Assembly (NCBI GenBank): GCA_964610315.1
Contig: CAZSVM010000014.1
Location: 5,106 to 69,105 of the forward strand
DNA length: 64,000 nucleotides
Direction: 5' to 3'
Source: an uncultured Actinomycetota bacterium
GTDB taxonomy: Bacteria > Actinomycetota > Humimicrobiia > Humimicrobiales > Humimicrobiaceae
The notes beneath the pieces are model-generated. The model was given only the letters and a program-made list of their open reading frames with translations. It was not told the DNA's origin and did no database searches. Below are positions 56,548-64,000 of the stretch, piece by piece; positions within the stretch are counted from its first letter, which is position 1, and every line of letters starts with the position of its first letter. A program made the position numbers and the translations under genes.

Positions 56548-56649
56548 TTCAAACTCATGGAATGTGTCCCAGAAAATATATTAGATTTCAATTGGAAGTT
56601 ACGGTGTAGCAAAAAAATCCCCCCATAAAGGGGATTTCTGGTTTGGCTC
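56548..56649 (+). repeat. Array repeat R5
   Basis: ttcaaactcatggaatgtgtcccagaaaatatattagatttcaattggaagttacggtgtag + a7-ATCCCC-ccataaa-GGGGAT-ttctggtttggc. Confidence 0.85.
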
Positions 56650-56654
56650 AGAAT

Positions 56655-57203
56655 TTAATATTCGATCTGTAATTTCTCAATTTTATTTTTGTAGGTTATG
56701 TATTTATGTGAAAATCCTTTTTTACTAATTCTGAACTTCATCTTCCTTGCAAAATCCGGGAATCTTCTAATGCCACCTAACAAATCAAAGTAGGTTAAAA
56801 AATAAGCCAGAGCAGCTTCACAATCATATGTATTTAAACTGGTTGCTAATATAATTACTCCTGGTGACTTAGATAAGGGAAATTTTCTGTCGTTCCAGAA
56901 GTCATTGTCGTTGGTCAAGATTAAGTAATTCTTTCTTGAACAATAATCATAGATATCAGAATCTTCACGAGACGAATATTTAATTTCTTCAAAGGCTTTA
57001 AACTTAGGGAAATCAATTAACTCATTTTTCAACATCTGTGATAGATTCCTATCTAAAAAAATTCCAACCTTGCGTTTTGGAGGATTCCATGCAATCCAAT
57101 TTTTTTTAAACCATTTATCAAACCCTGGATCTTCTTTTCTGAGAGAATTTAAATATTCATTAAACTTCATTACTTCACTTAATATTAGGTAATCACCACT
57201 CAC
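56655..57203 (-). CDS. PIN-like (DUF5615/Mut7-C-type) domain protein
   Basis: IFLDRNLSQML..DSDIYDYCSRKNYLILTNDNDFWN..SPGVIILA follows the DUF5615 pattern. GTG start; an alternative ATG lies at 57170. Confidence 0.45.
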   Translation of the reverse strand: MSGDYLILSEVMKFNEYLNSLRKEDPGFDKWFKKNWIAWNPPKRKVGIFLDRNLSQMLKNELIDFPKFKAFEEIKYSSREDSDIYDYCSRKNYLILTNDNDFWNDRKFPLSKSPGVIILATSLNTYDCEAALAYFLTYFDLLGGIRRFPDFARKMKFRISKKGFSHKYITYKNKIEKLQIEY

Positions 57204-57318
57204 CGATGGGGGCTAAGAATTCAAAACATATTACACGGCCATCAACCGCCTCTCTTATTAATTCCTTACTTTGCTTCTTTAGGTCTGATTTCTCATTATC
57301 CTCACGAAGCTTTCCCAT
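57193..57318 (-). CDS. Possible 41-aa partner ORF of the PIN-like gene
   Basis: AAGGAG lies 10 nt before the ATG. It reads MGKLREDNEKSDLKKQSKELIREAVDGRVICFEFLAPIGEW and overlaps the PIN start by 11 nt. It is too short for the ORF track. Confidence 0.25.
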   Translation of the reverse strand: MGKLREDNEKSDLKKQSKELIREAVDGRVICFEFLAPIGEW

Positions 57319-57357
57319 AAATTTTATTGCTCCTTAGAAAATCTAAATTTCGTGATT

Positions 57358-58023
57358 TTAAAGGATTACTAATTCATTCAGCATTTCGGACTCTTCATCC
57401 TTCCAAATTCCAGACCATATAATTTTAAACTTCCCACTAATTTTTTCTGCGTTTTTACTGTAAATTACTACTTCAATTTGATATTTCCCTGGAATTAAGC
57501 AATCCCATTGTGCATAAAATCGTTCTGGAAGCTCAAAGAAAAATTTATTTTCCCTTTTTTCCTCTTCACTTATACCTTTATATACAGACCCTTGCTCATG
57601 GTTCGGATGGTGAATTCGGCCTATATCGCAAAAAATTTCTCTACCCGGCTGTATCGTAAGATATTTTAGCATTTGAGTACCGGACCATTTAAGTGAAACT
57701 GGTGAAAATCCAGTAAATTCCTTAAATTTCCCAGCACTATTTTCCTTCCAAATTTTTTCAAGCACAGCCTCGCATTGTTCGGCTTGAACCTTACCATTGT
57801 TTACAACTTTAAACCTAAAATAATAAACAGGGAAGTACACTCCTGCTTCCCTCATTTGTGTAATATGACAGTACGGAGGTGTATGATAAAACTTAAAAGC
57901 TAATTTTGCTGAATAAAATCTATATTTCCATCTTTCAATAACATAAGGTGCCAAAAAAGCTACGCTGGCCAAAAGAAGCGTTGTGCCAATTAAAACCCAT
58001 TCGCTAATTTGCATTTCTTGCAT
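57358..58023 (-). CDS. Membrane-anchored hypothetical protein (221 aa)
   Basis: One N-terminal TM helix (WVLIGTTLLLASVAFLAPYVI). No motif recognised. Confidence 0.4.
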   Translation of the reverse strand: MQEMQISEWVLIGTTLLLASVAFLAPYVIERWKYRFYSAKLAFKFYHTPPYCHITQMREAGVYFPVYYFRFKVVNNGKVQAEQCEAVLEKIWKENSAGKFKEFTGFSPVSLKWSGTQMLKYLTIQPGREIFCDIGRIHHPNHEQGSVYKGISEEEKRENKFFFELPERFYAQWDCLIPGKYQIEVVIYSKNAEKISGKFKIIWSGIWKDEESEMLNELVIL

Positions 58024-58113
58024 ATTTTTATTCTTTATTAAAATCTTCTACAATTTTAATCTCTCCAGTTTAAGCCTTTGAGGTTTATAAACTAATGATT
58101 TCCTTATCGCCGA

Positions 58114-61100
58114 CTAAATTAATTCCTTCTCAATTTTAGGATATATTTTATCTATTTCTCTTTGTAAATAAATGGTCCAATTTAAAACAGTGGTAACTTT
58201 TAGAAAATGATTGACTTCATCATTAGATAAAACCATATTAGTTCTATCTTTTAACCATTTATCTAAGACTTGATAGCCGCCTATATAATAATTCCAAACA
58301 TCGGGCGCTACTGTACCAAAATACTGCCTCTCATTGATATAAATCCGTCCTGCATTTTCCCTATATCCTCGTTGTCTAACTCTATTATCGCCAACAACTG
58401 GATATGTCACCCTAGTATCTTCTAATTTGTCTGATTTTAATAAATGGAGGTTTACTAATTCACTGCCTAACCCCGCTATTTTGTTGAAAAGATTAATATT
58501 CTTAATAAATGGTACTCTTGGAAAATCAATCTTTAAAAATTCATCATATTTTTCGCGATAAATATTAGAGTACAAAATTGCATAAATATAATTAAAAATT
58601 TTCCATGGATCAATCGTTTCAATAAAACCTCCTTTTATCTTTTTCCAAAACTCTGGAGAAAAATTTTCTTGTTGAATATTGCTTTTACCAAACAAATTAT
58701 TTTCATTATCCAAATAAAGAAAGAGTGGGAAAATATATGCACTTTCTTTTGTTTGTAATGATAATAAGCAAATATCCGACGCGAACTGGGAAATAAAGCT
58801 GTGTTTAAATGAAAATGTTGAGAGCTGTTTAGTTGTAATAAGTGCTAAGTTATCTTCGCTTAATTTCCAGATATTTTCGTTACGTGATCTTTCTATTAAG
58901 CTTTTATCATAATAAATCCAACGTACATCAAACGGTCTATAATAGTATTTTTTAAATAATTCATCTTTAATTTCATTTCTTTTAAATTTTTCTCGAGCTT
59001 CGCGCATTTTCCAAGTACTAGTATCTTTTAAATTATAAGTTGATGTTAGTGTTTGATCATCTAGATTATCATCGCTGAACATCATTAATTTTCTTTTTAA
59101 TCCTTCTTTTGAATAATCTAAAATAAAATTATCTCTGTGGGTTTTTACTCCGCTTGAAAACTCTTTAAAAATATCTTTGAAAGAAATAAATTTATCATAT
59201 ACTTTTTCACCTTTTGTATCTTTCAGAATAAAGAAATAATTTGGTTCTCTTAATTTCAACTTCTCCCACTTTGTATTTTGAATATTATGTTCCTCGAGAA
59301 ATTTATACTTTTCGTCTCTTAAGCCGTAAAGATCAGCATATCTTATTACTTGTTGTTTTTTCTCTCCTGTTTTTACTAACAAAATAATTCCCACGCCCTG
59401 CTGAATATCAAAAACGTTTTCATCTTTTCCTCCCGTTGGCGTCTTTTCTTTTCTTTTGTAGTTTCCGTGTAGATTTAAAATATAGATTTCATCAAAGTCT
59501 TTAGTCAATTTTTGACGCATATCTCTATGGATTAAACCATCAAGATAAGAATTATTTGTAATCATTCCCACGATCCCCTGGCCGGTTTGTTTTATTTTCC
59601 AATGGGCAAAGGCAATAAATTTAATATAGTCATCAGAAAGAGGTTGAATATTTCTTTCTTCTTTTCTAACTTTTTCTTTATAGCTTTCATAGAGGTCATT
59701 AAAATCTGATCCTTCTTTTATAATATTCGAAGAACTAACAGAGTACGGCGGATTTCCCATAACTACTAAAATCGGCACATCTTTTTTAACCTTCATTGCT
59801 TTTCGTGCTTCTTCAGAAAGGCTAGCAACATATGGTAGTGTTGCCTGCTCTATATCTGATAAATCAAGCGTATTAGTTAGATAAAGGGGAAACCTATCAC
59901 TGTTCTCTAAGTCATAACCCAAATCCTCTAAAAGTAAGGAAACTTTAAGATGACCAATGATATAGGGAGCCATTAGAAGTTCAAAGGCATAATAATCCTT
60001 AAGAACGTGATTTTTGACAACTTGAAGCCAAGAGCCAGCATTAGGACTTCTATCTATTTCCTCTTTAGCAATCAAAATGGACTTTGCCGGGAAAGTTAGA
60101 GTGCCGGAAGCAGGATCTAAAATGATCACATTTTTATCAGCAAAGCCAGCCTTTCTGCCGAATTTTTCTTTAAGTAAAATATTGACTGAACGAGTAATAT
60201 AAGAAACAACAGGCAAGGGAGTATAAAAAATACCCCTATGTTTTTTCTCTTTGGGGTTATATTCCTTCAAAAAGGTTTCATAAAAATGAATCAAAGGATC
60301 ATCTCCACCTGTCCTTTTATGTAACTCCTCTTTGATTTTCTCGATGTCAGCGTAAGCTAAAATTGTTGCAATATCGTCAACAGCCCAACTAATTGATTCA
60401 GGTAAATTGGAGCCAGAAATTAAAGAGAAGGTATCCTTTAAAATCTGGATGTTCTTAGGAATATATTTCTGGGCTAAAAAACGATCAAATCCTTTTTCTT
60501 TATGGCGAAGTCTCGCCATAAATAATCCATAGGTAATTGTTTGAGCATAAATGTCAGCAAAATCTTTTTTGGTCAAGTCTGTAATTAAGTACTTTTTAAA
60601 TGCTTTATATATTCTGTCTATCTCAGTTTCAACATTATTATTTAATTCTCCGACAATACATGCAGGTATTAATTTCGCTCTAGAAGCAAGCTCAATAGCT
60701 AAAGTCTTAGCACTTTTCCTTTCAGGGATATTAAAATTTAAAAACACCTCTATTAAATTGAGAAAATCTCTTTCGTTTTTTAAAGGCGGTAATTGATTCG
60801 CTTTAAGAAAATTTAACTCTCCAACACTTATTCTGGTCTTAAGAATCCATTTTTTCTCACTTTTCCTCCAAAGCCAAAAGTCAAAATAATTAGTTAGAAT
60901 AAAATTATCGAAATCCTTTTTATATCTCTCAATCTGAAGAGTATGTTCAAAAAGCCCTAAATCTTTCCCAATGTCTTTTGCCTCTATATAACCAACTAAC
61001 TCTTTACTTCTTCGAATGGTAAAATCAGGCACTCCAGCCTCTATACGTTTTGGCTGAATGGTAATATTAGTAGTAATTCCTTTTGATCTAGAAAATTCTT

Positions 61101-61194
61101 CAATAAGATTTTTAAGATCAGGATAAAAACTGGGCTCGGTAGTATCGCCAGTTTTAAAAGTTTTTAATATATTTTTAAAATACTTATTGAGCAT
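58114..61194 (-). CDS. Single-chain Type IIG/IIL (MmeI-like) restriction endonuclease / N6-adenine DNA methyltransferase
   Basis: N-terminal PD..ExK (VPDFTIRRSKELVGYIEAKD). Gamma-class MTase motifs GIFYTP, ILDPASGTLTF and MGNPPYS. The C-terminal ..IGGYQVLDKWLKDR.. resembles Type ISP/YeeA specificity domains. Confidence 0.8.
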   Translation of the reverse strand: MLNKYFKNILKTFKTGDTTEPSFYPDLKNLIEEFSRSKGITTNITIQPKRIEAGVPDFTIRRSKELVGYIEAKDIGKDLGLFEHTLQIERYKKDFDNFILTNYFDFWLWRKSEKKWILKTRISVGELNFLKANQLPPLKNERDFLNLIEVFLNFNIPERKSAKTLAIELASRAKLIPACIVGELNNNVETEIDRIYKAFKKYLITDLTKKDFADIYAQTITYGLFMARLRHKEKGFDRFLAQKYIPKNIQILKDTFSLISGSNLPESISWAVDDIATILAYADIEKIKEELHKRTGGDDPLIHFYETFLKEYNPKEKKHRGIFYTPLPVVSYITRSVNILLKEKFGRKAGFADKNVIILDPASGTLTFPAKSILIAKEEIDRSPNAGSWLQVVKNHVLKDYYAFELLMAPYIIGHLKVSLLLEDLGYDLENSDRFPLYLTNTLDLSDIEQATLPYVASLSEEARKAMKVKKDVPILVVMGNPPYSVSSSNIIKEGSDFNDLYESYKEKVRKEERNIQPLSDDYIKFIAFAHWKIKQTGQGIVGMITNNSYLDGLIHRDMRQKLTKDFDEIYILNLHGNYKRKEKTPTGGKDENVFDIQQGVGIILLVKTGEKKQQVIRYADLYGLRDEKYKFLEEHNIQNTKWEKLKLREPNYFFILKDTKGEKVYDKFISFKDIFKEFSSGVKTHRDNFILDYSKEGLKRKLMMFSDDNLDDQTLTSTYNLKDTSTWKMREAREKFKRNEIKDELFKKYYYRPFDVRWIYYDKSLIERSRNENIWKLSEDNLALITTKQLSTFSFKHSFISQFASDICLLSLQTKESAYIFPLFLYLDNENNLFGKSNIQQENFSPEFWKKIKGGFIETIDPWKIFNYIYAILYSNIYREKYDEFLKIDFPRVPFIKNINLFNKIAGLGSELVNLHLLKSDKLEDTRVTYPVVGDNRVRQRGYRENAGRIYINERQYFGTVAPDVWNYYIGGYQVLDKWLKDRTNMVLSNDEVNHFLKVTTVLNWTIYLQREIDKIYPKIEKELI

Positions 61195-61385
61195 ATTTAT
61201 TTTTTTCTGTTTAGTCTTTTTATCATTTGAATTCTCTTTTTAAAATTTATTATTCTCTCCAATCAAGAAAACATAAAAGTAATCTTTCTATGTTCTATCT
61301 TTTATAATACTTTTCAATTATAACAAGAGATTGATTAAATAAAAATTGCCCCGCGAAGGGCTTGTTTTTTTCTTATACTGTAGCA
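61195..61385 (-). promoter_or_regulatory. Conserved promoter/leader module, copy B (upstream of the RM gene)
   Basis: Aligns with 49612-49790. TGTTATAAT is the complement of 61317-25; the GCCC-cgcgaa-GGGC hairpin lies at 61348-61. Confidence 0.55.
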
Positions 61386-61563
61386 ATGATTTAAAGTAAA
61401 ATAGCTGGAGTCCTTCTTTTAAAAATTATTTATAATTTGATAAAAGGATATACTAATATCGTTTCTCCTCTCACTGGATAAAATTCGAATATAGATTATG
61501 AGTAATATGGTAGATTTTTTTATGTCTCCATTCAAGAATTACGTAGGATTTCTTAGATAAAAG

Positions 61564-61587
61564 AGCTAACCGCTTTTTTAGTTGGCT
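61564..61587 (-). terminator. Hairpin terminator after the TM-GAF gene
   Basis: AGCTAAC-cgctttttta-GTTGGCT with T-rich flanks on both strands. Confidence 0.45.
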
Positions 61588-61634
61588 TGTTTTGATCTTA
61601 TGAAAGGGATATGATATTCAGCTATTTGCGGACT

Positions 61635-62648
61635 CTAACCTATTTTCCTTAAATTCGGATAGCAGGTCTCTAGTTCCAAGACAAATGTTAGAATAGTTCT
61701 AAAAGGATTTAGTATATTTCCAAGGAAAGCTTGGAAGAATCGCTGCTCAAGAAAATACCTTTCACGGTTAGTATCAATAACCAAGACTCCAAGACATTGT
61801 CTTGTGGGTTGGCCCCGTATTCCGCTAACGATTGGCACACAAACCATCGACTCATACTCTTCAGCTTGGTTTTCTCTTAGATTTGCCCACCTTTTTTCTT
61901 CGCGTGGTTTTTTATTCTCGTGTTTTATATTCTCAATAACAACGATGTTTTGCTCCAGAAAAGCCAATACGTGGGCAGCTCGTGAGTGATGTTTAATATC
62001 TACAACGCTGGTGAGTGGGCTAGGCTCAATTCCTTCGGGATAGGCAAAAAATGTACGCCGTAGAGTTGATGCAGTGAGTGGTGGTGCTGGCACTGGTTCA
62101 AATAGCGCAACCTTGAAAAAATTATGTGGCCAAGTTGTGGTATCGACACCGCGGGTATCTCCTTCAAATACGGACCGAATATCTTGGCAAACATATCTGA
62201 GCATGCGGTTCTTAAGAAAGATAAAATCTTCGGTACTTGATACTCTCCTTTTATGAACAACTTTTGCGTATCCTCGTAACTCGTCAGTTACACTCCTCAA
62301 GCTTTTCGTGGCGTAACTTATTGCGCGATCCATCATATTCATAGATGCGTCTTTCAGCTCAGCATCCACCCTTTTTTGAAGAGTTTTGATTACTGTGTCG
62401 TTCTGCTTTTGAATCTCCTCAGCTTGCATTGTTACCGCTAATCTTTCCTCGCGAAAAAGAATTAGGAGATTAATCACAATTATCAAGACTACCGCAACAC
62501 TTACAGCGACCCAGTTCGAAACATTTGGCAACGTGATTAGATAACTCACAATGCCAAAACCAAAACCGCTTATAATGATCAGCAAGAACTCAAACTTTGC
62601 TTTTGTCAAAACCCAAATTCGTTCCTTAAAACCTCTTTTATAGGCCAC
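61635..62648 (-). CDS. Two-TM, coiled-coil, GAF-like domain protein
   Basis: TM helices FLLIIISGFGFGIVSYLI and VAVSVAVVLIIVINLLILF. The C-terminal ..MVCVPIVSG..CLGVLVIDTNRERYFLEQRFFQAFLGNIL.. looks GAF-like. Stop and start are 1 nt from the deaminase gene. Confidence 0.5.
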   Translation of the reverse strand: MAYKRGFKERIWVLTKAKFEFLLIIISGFGFGIVSYLITLPNVSNWVAVSVAVVLIIVINLLILFREERLAVTMQAEEIQKQNDTVIKTLQKRVDAELKDASMNMMDRAISYATKSLRSVTDELRGYAKVVHKRRVSSTEDFIFLKNRMLRYVCQDIRSVFEGDTRGVDTTTWPHNFFKVALFEPVPAPPLTASTLRRTFFAYPEGIEPSPLTSVVDIKHHSRAAHVLAFLEQNIVVIENIKHENKKPREEKRWANLRENQAEEYESMVCVPIVSGIRGQPTRQCLGVLVIDTNRERYFLEQRFFQAFLGNILNPFRTILTFVLELETCYPNLRKIG

Positions 62649-62649
62649 T

Positions 62650-63744
62650 TTAGCTTCTCCTTAATTCTCTATGTAGTCTCAAATCTATCATTTTCTTTGT
62701 TTTTTCATCTGCAAAGGATGCAACTAAGGCCGAAAAGGTAAGTTTGACCAAGTCAGTCTCAGTCAGACTAAAAGATCGTGCCATCTTGAACAACTCTTCA
62801 CTTAGGTATGATTTGTTACGTGCAGGATTATCAGAACACACTACTAAACGAATCCCGTATTCTTCTAGTTTCTTGTAGTATAATTCATCAGTTCTAGATA
62901 CCAGCCCGAGGATTTCGTTACTCGTCGGGCAGAGTTCCATTGTTATTTTATTTTCAGCGATGGTCGAAAGAAGTTTTGGATCCTTGCTAGCTGCTAGACC
63001 ATGACCAATTCTTGATGCTCCAAGCTCTTTGATGGCGTATTCAACATTACTTGCAGGACCACATTCTCCAGCATGGATTGTGACACCCAGACCTTTTTCC
63101 AACGCAATTTTGAAGAAAAACCTGAACATTTCACCCGTTGCAGCCGCCTCATCACCGTTCAGGTCGACGCCCACGAATATATTAGGATAAAAGGGAGTTA
63201 TAGTCGATATTATGCGTGCAAACATCTTGTTCCTTGTTTGTGACGCAATTCTTCCGAACACATGCCGTGGGATTCCCAAAATACATCTTACGGTTATGCC
63301 AAACTTGGCTTCAGCGTCCAGTATGCTTGTTGCGATAGTATGCACAAACTCCCCAAATGTATATGGCTCATTGCCGAGAAAACCATGTGGGCCTGTTCGC
63401 AATTCAAGATAAATAATGTTATCTTCCACAGCCTTTCTAATAACTTCACTGATAATGTCGCGAATCACCTCACCTGAGACAAAGAATCTATGCAAAATTG
63501 ACCACGAAGAAAAATATTCATTCAAACTGCTGACTCTTCGAGGCCCAGAGAGTATTTCTTCCAATTCTGATGTAATATAGCTAGGAAGCTCTATCCCATA
63601 TTTAGCCGCAACCTTGACAGCTATTGCAGCATCGATGGAGCCAGTTAAGTGGCGATGCAAATCTATTTTGGGCATAGATAAAATTCGCTGCATTAACTCA
63701 GCATCTTTTGTGATCTCAAATAATGCTTTTTGATTAACTTTCAT
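62650..63744 (-). CDS. Adenosine-deaminase-family amidohydrolase (divergent)
   Basis: IDLHRHLTGS, RIGHG, IHAGE and CSDNPA motifs. Canonical ADA has DD at the last site; here it is DN. Confidence 0.75.
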   Translation of the reverse strand: MKVNQKALFEITKDAELMQRILSMPKIDLHRHLTGSIDAAIAVKVAAKYGIELPSYITSELEEILSGPRRVSSLNEYFSSWSILHRFFVSGEVIRDIISEVIRKAVEDNIIYLELRTGPHGFLGNEPYTFGEFVHTIATSILDAEAKFGITVRCILGIPRHVFGRIASQTRNKMFARIISTITPFYPNIFVGVDLNGDEAAATGEMFRFFFKIALEKGLGVTIHAGECGPASNVEYAIKELGASRIGHGLAASKDPKLLSTIAENKITMELCPTSNEILGLVSRTDELYYKKLEEYGIRLVVCSDNPARNKSYLSEELFKMARSFSLTETDLVKLTFSALVASFADEKTKKMIDLRLHRELRRS

Positions 63745-64000
63745 TGATTTTTGTTACACGTTAAAATTTCCCCGCCTCCTATATTCACAAATACACCTCA
63801 CATCTAATTTAAAGAGAGCCAATAAGTAATATTATCTGAAGCAGTCCCTTTCTACTTTTAAGAAAAACGCACAGTCCTCTATCTGGCCGACTACCAACCT
63901 TTTGCCTCAACAGCAAACATTATACATTATACTATCTATGATTGAGGGGCTCAATAGGTTAACTTCAAACCCTCATTTCTGGGTATAAGATAATGGTTCT

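Larger units (their letters stand above)
39856..61510 (+). mobile_element. Recombinase-anchored array of five recombinase-less cassettes bounded by direct repeats
   Basis: See repeats R1-R5 and the orphan motif at 61472-61503. Confidence 0.55.
27266..64000. mobile_element. Composite genomic island inserted in comM (right end beyond the window)
   Basis: Housekeeping synteny stops abruptly inside comM. Downstream genes are recombinase, plasmid-like, defence-type and cargo genes of heterogeneous G+C. Confidence 0.6.

Noticed and set aside
41435-56649. Could the five dispersed repeats be a CRISPR array or tRNA-derived att sites?
   Set aside because: Spacing is 3-5 kb with whole genes between the copies, so this is not a CRISPR array. 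No cloverleaf can be drawn. The gttcgaatc string at 53023-31 resembles a T-loop only superficially, with no matching acceptor or anticodon arms.

Overview
AT-rich bacterial chromosome segment with Firmicutes-like synteny; I cannot name the taxon from sequence alone. Positions 1-27.27 kb form one uninterrupted minus-strand housekeeping block: ftsK (partial), rnj, dapA, dapB, M16 peptidase, pnp, rpsO, ribF, truB (frameshifted), nrnA, rbfA, infB, nusA, recD2, proS, ispG, rseP, uppS, frr, pyrH, tsf, rpsB, xer, dprA and a comM 3' fragment. comM is cut off at about 27.27 kb, and everything from there to the window end is accessory DNA of mixed composition. (a) 27.3-34.4 kb holds an XRE regulator, a G+C-richer PKD lipoprotein gene bracketed by a duplicated piece of the XRE gene, a VirD4/TraD-like ATPase with a nuclease-like tail plus a membrane partner, and a glycoside hydrolase lipoprotein. 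(b) 34.5-39.1 kb is a plasmid- or virus-like module: two tandem RuvC-like genes, a Rep-like wHTH, an XRE repressor, and small HEPN-like and GIY-YIG-like genes. (c) 39.9-61.5 kb is the most unusual part. A large serine recombinase gene has its last ~62 nt plus terminator hairpin repeated four more times in direct orientation. These repeats divide the region into recombinase-less cassettes, each carrying immunity-type modules. The modules are HEPN proteins plus a PanA/RelE-like TA pair; a NACHT-STAND protein; a TcmP plus three-Cys radical-SAM-like pair; a SMODS-SLATT pair plus a fused TcmP-rSAM; and a PIN-like gene plus an MmeI-like Type IIG RM enzyme. (d) 61.6-63.7 kb is a G+C-richer operon encoding a TM-GAF protein and a divergent adenosine deaminase. 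No rRNA, tRNA or CRISPR array was recognised. All family assignments come from motifs read in the translations; no database search was run.
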